Translations under genes and position numbers: made by a program
Shown: piece after piece, positions 17,957 to 28,970 of the stretch
How the letters are laid out: every line of letters starts with the position of its first letter
How positions within the stretch are numbered: position 1 is the first letter of the stretch
The notes under the pieces: model-generated
Told to the model about the DNA's origin: nothing
The model's database searches: none
The model's input: the letters and a program-made list of their open reading frames with translations, nothing else
Origin: Patescibacteria group bacterium
GTDB taxonomy: Bacteria; Patescibacteriota; Patescibacteriia; Magasanikbacterales; GWA2-37-8
Length of the DNA: 64,000 nucleotides
Direction: 5' to 3'
Assembly: GCA_041651015.1 (NCBI GenBank)
Contig: JBAZKA010000002.1
Span: 6,163 to 70,162 of the forward strand

Positions 17957-18532
17957 ATGCCAACACTCAAGGGGACCAAAACCGAGCAAAATTTGCTCAA
18001 ATCATTTGCCGGGGAGTGCCAAGCCCGCACGCGCTATGATTTTTTCGCCAGCGTGGCCAAAAAAGAAGGCTTGGAACAAATCAGCGCCATGTTTGCCGAA
18101 ACCGCGCTTAATGAAAAAGAACACGCCAAAAGATTTTTTAAATTTTTGGAAGGCGGAGCCGTGGAAATTACGGCCGGATATCCGGCGGGAAAAATCGGCG
18201 ATACTTTGAACAATCTCAAAGCCTCGGCTGATGGCGAAAATGAAGAATGGACAAAATTATATCCGGAGTTTGCTCAAGTCGCCGAAGAAGAAGGTTTCGC
18301 GGAAATTGCCTTAGCCTATCGCGCCATTGCCAAAGTGGAACAGGCGCACGAAAATCGTTACCGAAAATTATACGAGAGCTTAGAAGCGGGTAAAGTATTT
18401 GTGAAAGACGGCAAGATGATTTGGAAATGCCGGAACTGCGGATATTTACACGAAGGCGATAAAGCGCCGGATGTGTGTCCGTCGTGTCTCCACCCGCAAG
18501 CTTACTTTGAACTTTGGTGCGAGAATTACTAA
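17957..18532 (+). CDS. rbr: rubrerythrin
   Basis: ferritin-like ExxH motifs plus C-terminal rubredoxin-like CxxC...CxxC (CRNCGY...CPSC). Confidence 0.85.
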   Translation: MPTLKGTKTEQNLLKSFAGECQARTRYDFFASVAKKEGLEQISAMFAETALNEKEHAKRFFKFLEGGAVEITAGYPAGKIGDTLNNLKASADGENEEWTKLYPEFAQVAEEEGFAEIALAYRAIAKVEQAHENRYRKLYESLEAGKVFVKDGKMIWKCRNCGYLHEGDKAPDVCPSCLHPQAYFELWCENY

Positions 18533-18542
18533 ATCTCAAATA

Positions 18543-18574
18543 AAAAATACTCCGCGCAAGCGGAGTATTTTTCA
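18543..18574. terminator. bidirectional intrinsic terminator
   Basis: AAAAAATACTCCGCGCAAGCGGAGTATTTTT between convergent rbr and ruvC. Confidence 0.7.
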
Positions 18575-19078
18575 TTTCTTTATCCGTTTTTTCCACAAAC
18601 TTTGTCCGGCGCAGAGCGCGACCGCGAGCGCGTCAGCCGCGTCATCGGATTTAATTTTTTTCGGCAAGCGCAAAATTGTCGCCACCACTTTTTGCATCTG
18701 ACCCTTTTCGGCTCGGCCATAACCGGTGATGGCTTGTTTAATTTGTAAAGGAGTAAATTCGTCCACCGGAATATTATTTTTAACGGCCGAGAGAAGTATC
18801 ACTCCCCTCGCCTGCCCGACCTTAATCGCGGTAGTCACATTGCGGAAGAAAAATAAATCCTCCACCGCCATGCGTGTGGGTTTGTATTTTTTGATAATGC
18901 GCGCCAGCTCGGAATCAATCTCGGCCAGGCGTTTCACAAACTCGCCTTTTACCGGCGTCTCAATGCACCCGCAAGCGATCGGTCGCCAATCACATTTGGC
19001 GCTTTTTGCAATCACGCCCCAGCCCACCCGACCGAAGCCCGGGTCAATTCCGAGAATTATTTCATTATTCATAATCAA
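18572..19078 (-). CDS. ruvC: Holliday junction resolvase RuvC
   Basis: N-terminal ILGIDPGFGRVGWGV and RuvC-length protein. Confidence 0.85.
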   Translation of the reverse strand: MIMNNEIILGIDPGFGRVGWGVIAKSAKCDWRPIACGCIETPVKGEFVKRLAEIDSELARIIKKYKPTRMAVEDLFFFRNVTTAIKVGQARGVILLSAVKNNIPVDEFTPLQIKQAITGYGRAEKGQMQKVVATILRLPKKIKSDDAADALAVALCAGQSLWKKRIKK

Positions 19079-19117
19079 GATATGCCACGATTTTAAGTAT
19101 TAGCAAGCGGAGAAAAT

Positions 19118-19843
19118 TTATTCCGCGTTGGTATACCAATCTTCAATGTCATCATTGTCTTCAAACTCACCAAATAAATTTTCCAATTTATGACTCAATT
19201 CCGGACTGGCCGTAATTTTATCTTTGGCCTCCCAAATCAAACCGGAATCCTTCGGCTCAATCCCTAGTTCTTTTAATTTATCCAAAACTTTTTTTAAGTT
19301 CTCCACCTTTGATTTAATTTCAATCAAACCATCGTCGCCATTTTGAATATCCTCGGCACCCGCATCCATCATCATGAGTTCAAATTCATCTCTATTCGTC
19401 AGCTGTTCATTGCTTATTACGGCAAATCCATATTGATTAAACATCCACATGACCGAGCCGGCGTTGCCCAGCGTACCGCCGTTGTCGGACAAAATATGTT
19501 TTAATTCTTGGACGGTTCTGTTTTTATTTTCCGTGACGGTTTTGATAATCACAGCCGTGCCGGACGGGCCATAACCCTCATAAATAATTTCTTCCATTTT
19601 ATTGCCGTCACCGCCTTCGCCCGTGCCTTTTTTGATAGAGCGTTCAATGTTGTCTTTGGGCATGCCCGCGGCTTTGGCTTTATCAATCGCCAGACGCAAA
19701 GAAAAATTCATCATCGGATCACCGCCGCCCTTGCCGGCCGCGACCGCGATAATTTTCGCCAATTTCGTAAAAGCATTACTGCGCAAAGCGTCCTGTTTGC
19801 CTTTTCTCCCTTGTATGTTGTGCCATTTACTGTGTCCCGACAT
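19118..19843 (-). CDS. yebC: YebC/PmpR-family transcriptional regulator
   Basis: MSGHSKWHNIQGRKGKQD N-terminus; start trimmed from 19999 to internal ATG. Confidence 0.8.
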   Translation of the reverse strand: MSGHSKWHNIQGRKGKQDALRSNAFTKLAKIIAVAAGKGGGDPMMNFSLRLAIDKAKAAGMPKDNIERSIKKGTGEGGDGNKMEEIIYEGYGPSGTAVIIKTVTENKNRTVQELKHILSDNGGTLGNAGSVMWMFNQYGFAVISNEQLTNRDEFELMMMDAGAEDIQNGDDGLIEIKSKVENLKKVLDKLKELGIEPKDSGLIWEAKDKITASPELSHKLENLFGEFEDNDDIEDWYTNAE

Positions 19844-20033
19844 ATTTATTTTATTATATATTATGGATATTGCCCGCCCCGCATAGAACGAGCGCAGCGA
19901 GTTATTGTGCGGGGTGCCATTTACTGTGACCGGACATAATGATAAAAATGATGGAAATGATAAAACTGATGAAAATGATATGACGCGTATTGATTTCATC
20001 TTATACTATATTTGTAGGATTTTCAAGGCAAAC

Positions 20034-20148
20034 AAAAAAACCTCCCGGGCTTCGTTTCACTACGCCCGGCAAGCTATGTTATCTTTCGAGCATTTTAAGA
20101 TAATCAAGCTTGCCCGGCATAACGTAGTGAAGCCGGGAGGTTTTTTGT
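20034..20148. terminator. unusually long (about 115 nt) nested hairpin flanked by A-run and T-run, downstream of rpoC
   Basis: arms cctcccgggcttc/gaagccgggagg, cactacg/cgtagtg, gcccggcaagc/gcttgcccggc, inner ttatctt/aagataa. Confidence 0.55.
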
Positions 20149-20160
20149 TTTATAATCTTT

Positions 20161-23100
20161 TTATCCTCGGAAACCGGTACCTGACGGAATCAAACGGCCG
20201 ATGATGACGTTTTCTTTCAAACCTTCCAAATAGTCAATCTTGCCGGTGATAGCCGTGTTGATAAGCACGCGAGCCGTCTCTTGGAACGAAGCGGCCGAGA
20301 GGAAACTCTGGGTAGAAAGTGAAACACGGGACACGCCGAGGAGTAATTCGCGGGCAGTCGCTTCTTTGACTCCGTCTTTGCGCGCCATGCGGTTGGAAAA
20401 TTCCAATTGGGCTTTTTCCACCACTTCGCCCGGGAGTAAATCCGTATCGCCGGCATCTTCCACATACACACGGCTGAACATCTGGCGGATGACGAGCTCC
20501 ATGTGCTTATCGTTCACTTTCTGGCCTTGCGAAGAATAAATGTTTTGCACTTCTTCCAGCACATAGCGTTGCACCGCGGCGCGTCCTTTGAGGTCAAAGA
20601 GTTCGTGCAAATTCACAGAACCATCAGTCAAACGAGAACCCTTTTCCACCATATCGCTATCCTTGACATACAACTTATAACCCAGCGGTATGATGTACTC
20701 GCGGACTTTCGGACCCGTGTAATTCAAAGTCATGGTATTCTTGCCGACTTTCACTTGGCTGGAATACTTGGCCTTGACTTCATCGCCGGATGAACCGCGC
20801 ACGAGCAAAATAGTTTCCGCTTCCACCATTTCACCGTCTTTAACCATCAGCTCGTCCTCGGCCGCAAATTTAATTTTGGTTTCATCCATTCCTTCAAAAT
20901 GGATTTTAATAATTTTTTGTCCACGGCGTCCTTCAAAAATTTTCTTGCCGGTCGGCGAAGTAATAATTTTACCATCCGCGTCTTCAATTTCAATCTTACC
21001 ATCCACATCGGCGAGGAAAGCCTGGTGTTTCGGATTACGGCATTCAAACAATTCTTCCACGCGAGGCAAACCTTGGGTGATATCCGAGCCGGCCACACCA
21101 CCGGTATGGAAAGTGCGGAGCGTGAGCTGGGTACCAGGTTCACCAATGGACTGAGCGGCGATGACGCCGACAGCCGTGCCCATTTCCGCCGGCTTGTTGT
21201 AAGACAAGTCAAAGCCATAACATTTCTGGCAGACGCCCTTGGGCAATTTACATTGCAACACCGAACGCACATGCACGGACTCAATCTTGGCTTCTTCAAT
21301 CGCGCGGGCGGCTTTCTCGTCAATAATTTCACCCTCTTTAACCAGAACTTTATTGCCCACCTTTACATCCGCCAGGGTATAACGCCCCCACACGCGGTCA
21401 GCTAATTTCTCGCCCATTTCTTGGGATTGAGCAGCGGTAAAGACTTCGCCGATGGTATCACCGCAATCATTATCCAAGACTACCACATCCTGCGAGACAT
21501 CCACGAGACGGCGAGTGAGATAGCCGGCGCCGGAAGTACGCAGAGCGGTATCAGACAAACCTTTGCGAGTACCATGCGAGGAGATAAAGTATTCCAAAGA
21601 GTTAAAACCTTCTTTGAAGTTGCCTTTGACCGGCAATTCCATAATATCTCCGGACGGAGAAGCAACCAAACCTTTCATACCGATTACCTGTCCGAGTTGA
21701 CCCCAAGTACCGCGGGCGCCCGAATCAATCATAGCGTAAACCGGACCGTTTTTATCCACGGCTTCTTGGTTGCCGGCCGCGACTTTGTCTTTGGTCTCGG
21801 TCCAGACTTCAATAATTTTTTGATGGCGCTCGGCTTGAGTGAGCAAACCTTCTTGATATTGCTCTTCCACCAAACGGATCAAGCCGTCTGCGTCTTTGAT
21901 AATCGCGTCCTTGGCGACAATCTTCGGGAAGTCGGCCATGCCGAGCGAATAGCCGGATTTAGTGGCATAACGGAAACCCAAATTTTTCAAATCATCCAAA
22001 AACTGGGCGGTCTTTTCCTGACCATAAAATTCCAAATGCAAAGAAATAATTTTGCTTAATTTCTTTTTACCGATGCCTTCATTGTAATATTGCATTTTGT
22101 CCGGCAGAACGGAATTGAAAATCATCCGGCCAATGGAAGTTTCCACGATCGTGCTTTGATCTTTCGGGAATTTGGTCATGTCCGTGAAACGTACTTTAAT
22201 TTTTTGGCCCAGAGTGATGACACGGCTCTTGTAAGCAAACATCGCGTCTTTTTCATTGGAGAAAGCTTTGACCGGTTTGTCTTCCACATCCATGCGAGTC
22301 AAATAGAAACAACCGAGGACGATGTCTTGAGACGGGGTAATGACCGGTTGGCCGGTAGCCGGTTTCAAAATATTTTTCTCGGCGGCCAACAAATTGTCCG
22401 CTTCCCAACGCGCTTCTTTGGATAATGGCAGGTGCACGGCCATCTGATCGCCGTCAAAGTCAGCGTTGAACGCGGTACAAACCAACGGATGCAATTGAAT
22501 GGCGTTGCCTTCAATCAAACGCGGGTGAAAAGCCTGGATACCGAGACGATGCAAGGTCGGAGCGCGGTTAAGCATGACGCGAGTAGTCTTGGTTAATTCT
22601 TCCAAGATATCCCAGACCTCATCGCGTTCGGATTCAATAAACCGTCCGGCACTGCGCACATTGTGCGCCAATTCGCGTTTGATAATCTCGGCCATGATAA
22701 ACGGTTTGAATAATTCCAAAGCCATGCGCTTGGGTAAACCGCATTCATCAATATTCAAATTCGGGCCGACCACGATTACCGAACGGCCGGAATAGTCCAC
22801 GCGTTTGCCGAGCAAGTTCTGGCGGAAACGTCCCTGCTTGCCTTTCAAAATATCGGCGAGCGAACGAAGCTGGCGTTTCTGGCCGGTAGAGGCGGTGACA
22901 GTCTTGGCATGGCGCGCGTTGTTGTCGATCAAAGCGTCAACCGCTTCTTGCAACATGCGTTTTTCATTTCGGCAAATTACTTCCGGCGCGTTGAGTTCAA
23001 TCAAACGCATCAAACGATTGTTGCGATTAATCACACGGCGGTACAAATCATTCAAATCAGAGGTGGCAAAACGTCCGCCATCCAAAGCGACCATCGGGCG

Positions 23101-24027
23101 TAAATCCGGCGGGATGACCGGCACGCATTTCATAATCATCCATTCCGGTCGGATTTTATTCATGAACAAACTTTTCAAAAGTTTGCGCCGGCGGATGATG
23201 CGTTCTAATTTCGCGCCTTTCGTGGTTTGTTGCTCTTCGGTCAAATGTTTTATCGTTTCTTCCAAATTCACCCGGCACAAAAGTTCGTGCACGCCTTCGG
23301 CGCCAATGGACGCCTCAAACAAATGTCCGTAGCGTAAAGATAATTCCTGATATTTATTTTCCGAAATAATGTGGAGCAGAGCGATCTCGCGTAATTCTTT
23401 ATCCGCGGCTTGGAAGTCTTCTTCCAAGGCTTTAATTTTGCGATTGGATTCGTCTTGAATTTTTTCCAAATCTTTGGCGCCAAGCTTCTTGTCATTGGCT
23501 TGTTTAATTTGTTGCGTCAATTCGTTTTCAATTTGTTTTTTCTTGCTCTTGAATTCCTGGCGCAAAAGTTCAAAGGTTTGCTTTTTACCGGCTTCGTCAA
23601 CTTTGGTGATAATAAATGAAGCAAAGTAAATAACTTTTTCCAGAGCTTGAGCCGACAAATCCAAAACCAAACCGACTTTGCTCGGCACCGAGCGTAAGAA
23701 CCAGATGTGCGCGACCGGCGTGGCCAATTCAATGTGGCCCATGCGTTCACGGCGGACCAATGAGGTGGTGACTTCCACTCCGCATTTGTCGCAGGTAATG
23801 CCTTTGTAGCGAATTTTCTTGTACTTTCCGCAGTAGCATTCCCAATCTTTGGTTGGACCAAAAATTTCTTCAGCAAACAAACCGCCCTTCTCGGGTTTTT
23901 GCGTGCGATAGTTGATCGTTTCCGGTTTTCGGACTTCTCCGAACGACCAGGCGCGAATGACTTCAGGCGATGCGATTTTGAGGCGGATGGCGTCAAAATC
24001 CAAAGTGTTTTGAGTGTCGCGATACAT
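20161..24027 (-). CDS. rpoC: DNA-directed RNA polymerase subunit beta'
   Basis: 1288 aa; NADFDGDQMAVH catalytic motif and zinc-finger CxxC pattern. Confidence 0.95.
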   Translation of the reverse strand: MYRDTQNTLDFDAIRLKIASPEVIRAWSFGEVRKPETINYRTQKPEKGGLFAEEIFGPTKDWECYCGKYKKIRYKGITCDKCGVEVTTSLVRRERMGHIELATPVAHIWFLRSVPSKVGLVLDLSAQALEKVIYFASFIITKVDEAGKKQTFELLRQEFKSKKKQIENELTQQIKQANDKKLGAKDLEKIQDESNRKIKALEEDFQAADKELREIALLHIISENKYQELSLRYGHLFEASIGAEGVHELLCRVNLEETIKHLTEEQQTTKGAKLERIIRRRKLLKSLFMNKIRPEWMIMKCVPVIPPDLRPMVALDGGRFATSDLNDLYRRVINRNNRLMRLIELNAPEVICRNEKRMLQEAVDALIDNNARHAKTVTASTGQKRQLRSLADILKGKQGRFRQNLLGKRVDYSGRSVIVVGPNLNIDECGLPKRMALELFKPFIMAEIIKRELAHNVRSAGRFIESERDEVWDILEELTKTTRVMLNRAPTLHRLGIQAFHPRLIEGNAIQLHPLVCTAFNADFDGDQMAVHLPLSKEARWEADNLLAAEKNILKPATGQPVITPSQDIVLGCFYLTRMDVEDKPVKAFSNEKDAMFAYKSRVITLGQKIKVRFTDMTKFPKDQSTIVETSIGRMIFNSVLPDKMQYYNEGIGKKKLSKIISLHLEFYGQEKTAQFLDDLKNLGFRYATKSGYSLGMADFPKIVAKDAIIKDADGLIRLVEEQYQEGLLTQAERHQKIIEVWTETKDKVAAGNQEAVDKNGPVYAMIDSGARGTWGQLGQVIGMKGLVASPSGDIMELPVKGNFKEGFNSLEYFISSHGTRKGLSDTALRTSGAGYLTRRLVDVSQDVVVLDNDCGDTIGEVFTAAQSQEMGEKLADRVWGRYTLADVKVGNKVLVKEGEIIDEKAARAIEEAKIESVHVRSVLQCKLPKGVCQKCYGFDLSYNKPAEMGTAVGVIAAQSIGEPGTQLTLRTFHTGGVAGSDITQGLPRVEELFECRNPKHQAFLADVDGKIEIEDADGKIITSPTGKKIFEGRRGQKIIKIHFEGMDETKIKFAAEDELMVKDGEMVEAETILLVRGSSGDEVKAKYSSQVKVGKNTMTLNYTGPKVREYIIPLGYKLYVKDSDMVEKGSRLTDGSVNLHELFDLKGRAAVQRYVLEEVQNIYSSQGQKVNDKHMELVIRQMFSRVYVEDAGDTDLLPGEVVEKAQLEFSNRMARKDGVKEATARELLLGVSRVSLSTQSFLSAASFQETARVLINTAITGKIDYLEGLKENVIIGRLIPSGTGFRG

Positions 24028-24054
24028 ATATTTGGTAGTCGTTAGAGAAGTGAA

Positions 24055-27000
24055 TTATTCAAAATCTTCTTTCTTGAGCATGGGAGGAGGCGGCAAATCG
24101 TCTTTTTTTGGATTCTCATCAACCGGTTCCAATTTTGCCACGTTATAATTACCCTGCTCATCGCGTTTCAGAAGTTCCACATCCAAAGCCAAGCCTTTCA
24201 ATTCTCTGACCAAGACATTAAATGATTCCGGCACATTCACTACTTTAATATCCTCGCCTTTGATAATGGCTTCATAGGCTTTAGAGCGTCCCGGCACATC
24301 ATCAGACTTGATGGTCAAAATTTCTTGCAGGATGTGAGCGGCGCCATAGGCCTCAATGGCCCAGACTTCCATTTCTCCGAAACGCTGACCACCGGATTGC
24401 GCGCGGCCGCCGAGCGGTTGCTGAGTAATGAGAGAATACGGACCAATGGAGCGTTGGTGAATCTTGTCTTCAACCATGTGGTTGAGTTTGAGCATGTAGT
24501 TGTAGCCGACCGTGACTTTGTGGTCAAACGGCTCGCCGGTGCGTCCATCAAAAAGATTTGATTGGCCGGTGACCGGAAAACCGGCACGGGTCAATTCATT
24601 TTTGATTTCTTCTTCGGTCACGCCATTGAAAGCCGGAGTCGCCACTTTATAATTTAATTCATTCGCGGCCAAACCCAAATGATTTTCCAAAATTTGGCCG
24701 AGGTTCATACGAGAGATAACGCCGAGCGGTGACAAAATAATATCTACCGGCGTGCCGTCCTCAAGGAAAGGCATGTCTTCCACCGGCACGACTTTGGAGA
24801 TAACACCTTTGTTGCCATGACGGCCGGACATTTTGTCGCCGACTTGAACTTTGCGCATATCAGCCACGCGAACGCGGACTTGCTTGATCACGCCCGGTTC
24901 CAATTTGTCGCCGTTCTCGGCCGAGAAAACCTGCACGTCAATCACTTTGCCGTGTTCGCCGTGTTCCAAATACAAAGATGAGTCGCGCACATCGCGAGCT
25001 TTTTCACCAAAGATGGCGCGCAATAATTTTTCTTCAGCGCTAAGTTCGGTCTCGCCCTTGGGCGTAATTTTACCCACCAAAATATCGCCGGATTTTACTT
25101 CGGCGCCAATGCGGACAATACCCTCGGCATCAAGATTTTTTAATTTTTCTTCAGACACGTTCGGTATATCCGAAGTGACGAGTTCGGGGCCGAGTTTGGT
25201 TTCGCGCACATCCACGGTGTAGTCTTCAATGTTGATGGAGGTATAGCGGTCGCGTTTCATGATTCTATCAGATACAATGACCGCGTCTTCATAGTTGAAA
25301 CCGTCCCAAATAAGGTAAGCGACCAATATATTCTGGCCAAGCGCCAATTCGCCGTCTTTGATACACGGACCATCAGACATAGCATCGCCCTTTTTCATTT
25401 TTTGTCCGATATTAACGGTCGGATGCTGATTGACGCAGGTGGCGGCATTGGAACGTAAGAATTTTTTCAAACTAAATTTGTGTTCCATGCCTTTTTTATC
25501 AGTCAAGACAATTTTACTGCCGTTGACTTCGGTGATTTCACCGTCAGCCGGGGCTTTGATGATATAGCCGGAATTGTCCGCGGCCGCTTTTTCCACACCG
25601 GTGCCGACCAGCGGAGGTTCTGGTTTGATACACGGCACGGCCTGGCGTTGCATGTTCGTACCCATGAGCGCGCGAGTGGCGTCGTCATGTTCCAAGAAAG
25701 GAATACAGGCAGTGGCCACGGAAATAATTTGCGTGGACGAGACATCCACAAAATCAATTGAAGCAGATTCAACCGTACCCGGTTTGCCGTAAATACGAGC
25801 CGCAACAATTTCATCCAAGAAGTAGCCTTTGTCGTCAACGCGGACCGTGGCCGGCGCCGTGACCATTTTTTCTTCGCGGAAAGAATTCAAATAAATAATC
25901 TCGCCGGTGAGACGCGGTTTAACCGAAATGGTTTTTAATTTTTTATCCGCCTCCAATTTTTTGGCTACGTCTTTGGTGATTTGCGTGCCATCTTTGAATC
26001 CGCCAACCGAGCCATTCAAAATTTCTCCTTCGGTGAGCGTGGCGTCGTTGTTAATCTCCTTCAAAACTTTTCGGTAAGGAGTTTCAATAAAACCAAATTC
26101 ATTGACGCGGGCAAAACTGGAAAGGTGGTTGACCAAACCAATGTTCGGACCTTCCGGCGTGGCAATCGGACAAATACGTCCGTAATGAGTATTATGGACA
26201 TCGCGCACTTCAAAGCCGGCACGATCGCGGGACAAACCGCCCGGACCGAGCGCGGACAAACGGCGCTTGTGTTCCAATTCAGAGAGCACGTTGATTTGAT
26301 CCATGAACTGCGAAAGCTGTGAGCTCATGAAAAATTCTTTGATGGCCGAGATGACCGGACGCGCGTTGATCAATTTGTTCGGCGTCAAATCATTCGGATC
26401 ATAAGTACTCATACGGTCTTTGACCACGCGTTCCATGCGGGCCAAACCAATGCGGAAACGATTTTGCACCAATTCCCCGACCGCGCGAATACGGCGGTTG
26501 CCGAGGTGATCAATATCATCCGGGTCTTCTTGGGTGGAATTCAAACGAATAACTTCTTTCACTACCAGCAATAATTTTTCCGCCGAAAAAACACGGTTAT
26601 CTTTTTTCTGATAATCCTCGGGTAAAAGTCCGAGGTCAAATTTTGTATCAAATTTATAAACGCCGACCGGAGATAAATCATAGCGGTCAAAATTGAAAAA
26701 CATGGCGTAAATCAAACTCTTGGCATTGTCGGCCGTGGCCAAATCACCCGGACGAATTTTTTTGTAAACTTCAATCAAACCTTCATCTGTGCTCTTGGCT
26801 AAATCCTTGGCAATAGTCGCTTCCACATAATCCACATGCGGATTCACATTCACGTCTTTCAAGGCTTCGCGCAATTTATCATCATCACCATAACCAAAAG
26901 CGCGGAGGAGCGAAGTCACCGCCACTTTGCGTTTGCGGTCAATCTTCACCCAGAGGACATTATTTTGATCAGTTTCAATTTCCAGCCAAGCACCGCGATT

Positions 27001-27492
27001 CGGAATAATCTTCGCGCCATAGTAACGACGGCCGCGAACATTTTCACCGGTAAAGAATACACCAGCCGAACGGATGAGCTGGGACACGACCACGCGCTCA
27101 ATACCATTCACGATAAATGTGCCTCGTTCAGTCATGACCGGCAAATCGCCCAAATAAATTTCTTGCGTTTTTGTCTGTCCGGTTTTTTTGTTGGACAATC
27201 TGGCGTTGACGCGGAGCGGGGCCTCGTAAGTCATGTTGCGGTCCCGGCAAACCATTTCGTCAAATTTCGGTTCGTCCAAATAATATTCTTCAAAAAATAA
27301 TTCCAAGTCGCGTTCGGAAAAATCCGTCATCGGCGATACTTCCTCAAAAAGTTCTTTAATGCCGAACTTTACAAAATTATCATAAGAATTTTTTTGCAAT
27401 TCTATCAAATCCGGAAACGCCATCGCATCTTTGATCGGGGTAAAGAAGCGGCGCGGTTCAGCGGTAATGCCACGGTATTTATATGAAGGCAT
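24055..27492 (-). CDS. rpoB: DNA-directed RNA polymerase subunit beta
   Basis: 1145 aa with conserved RpoB blocks. Confidence 0.95.
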   Translation of the reverse strand: MPSYKYRGITAEPRRFFTPIKDAMAFPDLIELQKNSYDNFVKFGIKELFEEVSPMTDFSERDLELFFEEYYLDEPKFDEMVCRDRNMTYEAPLRVNARLSNKKTGQTKTQEIYLGDLPVMTERGTFIVNGIERVVVSQLIRSAGVFFTGENVRGRRYYGAKIIPNRGAWLEIETDQNNVLWVKIDRKRKVAVTSLLRAFGYGDDDKLREALKDVNVNPHVDYVEATIAKDLAKSTDEGLIEVYKKIRPGDLATADNAKSLIYAMFFNFDRYDLSPVGVYKFDTKFDLGLLPEDYQKKDNRVFSAEKLLLVVKEVIRLNSTQEDPDDIDHLGNRRIRAVGELVQNRFRIGLARMERVVKDRMSTYDPNDLTPNKLINARPVISAIKEFFMSSQLSQFMDQINVLSELEHKRRLSALGPGGLSRDRAGFEVRDVHNTHYGRICPIATPEGPNIGLVNHLSSFARVNEFGFIETPYRKVLKEINNDATLTEGEILNGSVGGFKDGTQITKDVAKKLEADKKLKTISVKPRLTGEIIYLNSFREEKMVTAPATVRVDDKGYFLDEIVAARIYGKPGTVESASIDFVDVSSTQIISVATACIPFLEHDDATRALMGTNMQRQAVPCIKPEPPLVGTGVEKAAADNSGYIIKAPADGEITEVNGSKIVLTDKKGMEHKFSLKKFLRSNAATCVNQHPTVNIGQKMKKGDAMSDGPCIKDGELALGQNILVAYLIWDGFNYEDAVIVSDRIMKRDRYTSINIEDYTVDVRETKLGPELVTSDIPNVSEEKLKNLDAEGIVRIGAEVKSGDILVGKITPKGETELSAEEKLLRAIFGEKARDVRDSSLYLEHGEHGKVIDVQVFSAENGDKLEPGVIKQVRVRVADMRKVQVGDKMSGRHGNKGVISKVVPVEDMPFLEDGTPVDIILSPLGVISRMNLGQILENHLGLAANELNYKVATPAFNGVTEEEIKNELTRAGFPVTGQSNLFDGRTGEPFDHKVTVGYNYMLKLNHMVEDKIHQRSIGPYSLITQQPLGGRAQSGGQRFGEMEVWAIEAYGAAHILQEILTIKSDDVPGRSKAYEAIIKGEDIKVVNVPESFNVLVRELKGLALDVELLKRDEQGNYNVAKLEPVDENPKKDDLPPPPMLKKEDFE

Positions 27493-27858
27493 AAACTTTT
27501 TCTATAAATTATTTATTATTTATAAATTTAGTTGAAGAAAGTTTTGGAGGCGAACACAAAAAACTACCCTATTTGCGGGGTTTTTTGGAAAATCGTAAAA
27601 TTTAGTTTGATAGCAAGGTTGACATGAGTTTTGTTTTACCTTGCGCGGAGCTCAATTTTTAGGAAAAATTGGCCACGCTTAGCCAAAAATGGCTATGGTT
27701 GGATCGTGTTCGCACGACCCGAAGTTCAAAGTAGCTTGATTTTACCTGAAATCAATGATTTTGTCAACAGAAACGGCATTTGACCGGTTTGTCAAGTGTT
27801 TGCCAATTTTAGGCTAATCTTAGCCAAAAGATAATTATCCCGAAAAACTATATAATTG

Positions 27859-27920
27859 AGTTATCCACAGTTGGTGCACACAAACCCCTAATACATCTAT
27901 ATATAGGACAAAAAAACTGA
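27859..27920 (+). repeat. 62-bp direct repeat copy A flanking RM cassette
   Basis: gagttatccacagttgGTGcacacaaacccctaatacatctatatataggacaaaaaaac; about 57/62 identical to 30034-30095. Confidence 0.8.
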
Positions 27921-27992
27921 CACACTCAAGTGCAGGCCGTTTGGATATCTAGAATCGCGTCGCGGGTATCACCCACGCACCAGAAACTGCAT

Positions 27993-28970
27993 TTATTTTA
28001 GTTCGCCCAAAAATTTATTAAACCCGGCAGTATTGATAAAAAAGTTTTGCTTATTGCGCCGTAAATTTTGTTCAATGTTATCCAGCTGGTTAAGTATTTT
28101 CCCTTTGTTCATGCTCTTCCTGTCGGCGAATAAATTAAAGTACAAGCCATCCAAAAATGACATGTAGTGTATTCTTGGATTCGTTTCACTGAAACTAATG
28201 AATGCAATCACCTCGTTGATTTGTTTATCTTGACCGCCACCGCCTTCTTTCATGTGTTTGTGCTCAATGATAAATATATCTTTTTTGTTTCGTATCAAGA
28301 AATCCGGCATTTTTTGTTCTTTCTTTGCACTCCAAGAAAATTTTATTTTATAACTACTCAACAGACCTTGAAATAGCTTTTTCCCTTTTTTATCCGCCTC
28401 AACATACTTCTTATCACCCCGCGAAACAAAGTCGGCCAACGACTCTCCGTTGCATTTTTTGTATCCCGCTTTATCAAGAATCTTTGATACCTTGTAAATC
28501 CCCAAGTTGCCGCTTTCCTTGTGCGCCTTGGCATCTTTTCCTACCTGTAGCGTCGTCGGAGAATATCCATAAGATGCGTAAATACCGTGCCTCAATTCAA
28601 TATATTTGCCCACTACATTTTTTATTATGTTTAACTTTTCTTTGTCGCTCATTTTGTTGTAGAGACTATAGGAAATATCAACTACCGGCCAAAATGAAAC
28701 AAACTCGGAATAATTAATATTTTTGCATTTAACAATTTGCAATATCTTTTCTATTGCTTGTTTTTCGGTCACCTTATTTTTATTTTTTCTTGCAAAATTA
28801 TAGGCAGATATGCTTTCCAATAACTCGGAATTTTTTCTCATTAGGTCCGTTGGGTTGCTGGCATCTTTGGAGATAATCAGATTCCCATGTTTCAAATATA
28901 ATTCATCAATAATCGGTTCGGGATTTCTCAATGAAAATTGAAAAAGTTTTATGTTATCAATTTTTTTCAT
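27993..28970 (-). CDS. putative Type II restriction endonuclease (cognate of adjacent methyltransferase)
   Basis: 325 aa with no family recognised; possible (D/E)xK-like segment IIEHKH; overlaps methyltransferase gene by 14 bp in the same orientation. Confidence 0.4.
   Translation of the reverse strand: MKKIDNIKLFQFSLRNPEPIIDELYLKHGNLIISKDASNPTDLMRKNSELLESISAYNFARKNKNKVTEKQAIEKILQIVKCKNINYSEFVSFWPVVDISYSLYNKMSDKEKLNIIKNVVGKYIELRHGIYASYGYSPTTLQVGKDAKAHKESGNLGIYKVSKILDKAGYKKCNGESLADFVSRGDKKYVEADKKGKKLFQGLLSSYKIKFSWSAKKEQKMPDFLIRNKKDIFIIEHKHMKEGGGGQDKQINEVIAFISFSETNPRIHYMSFLDGLYFNLFADRKSMNKGKILNQLDNIEQNLRRNKQNFFINTAGFNKFLGELK

Noticed and set aside
20217-27300. Numerous 60-200-aa ORFs antisense or out of frame within rpoB/rpoC
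   Set aside because: They are embedded in highly conserved coding sequence on the opposite strand or in another frame. They are spurious.
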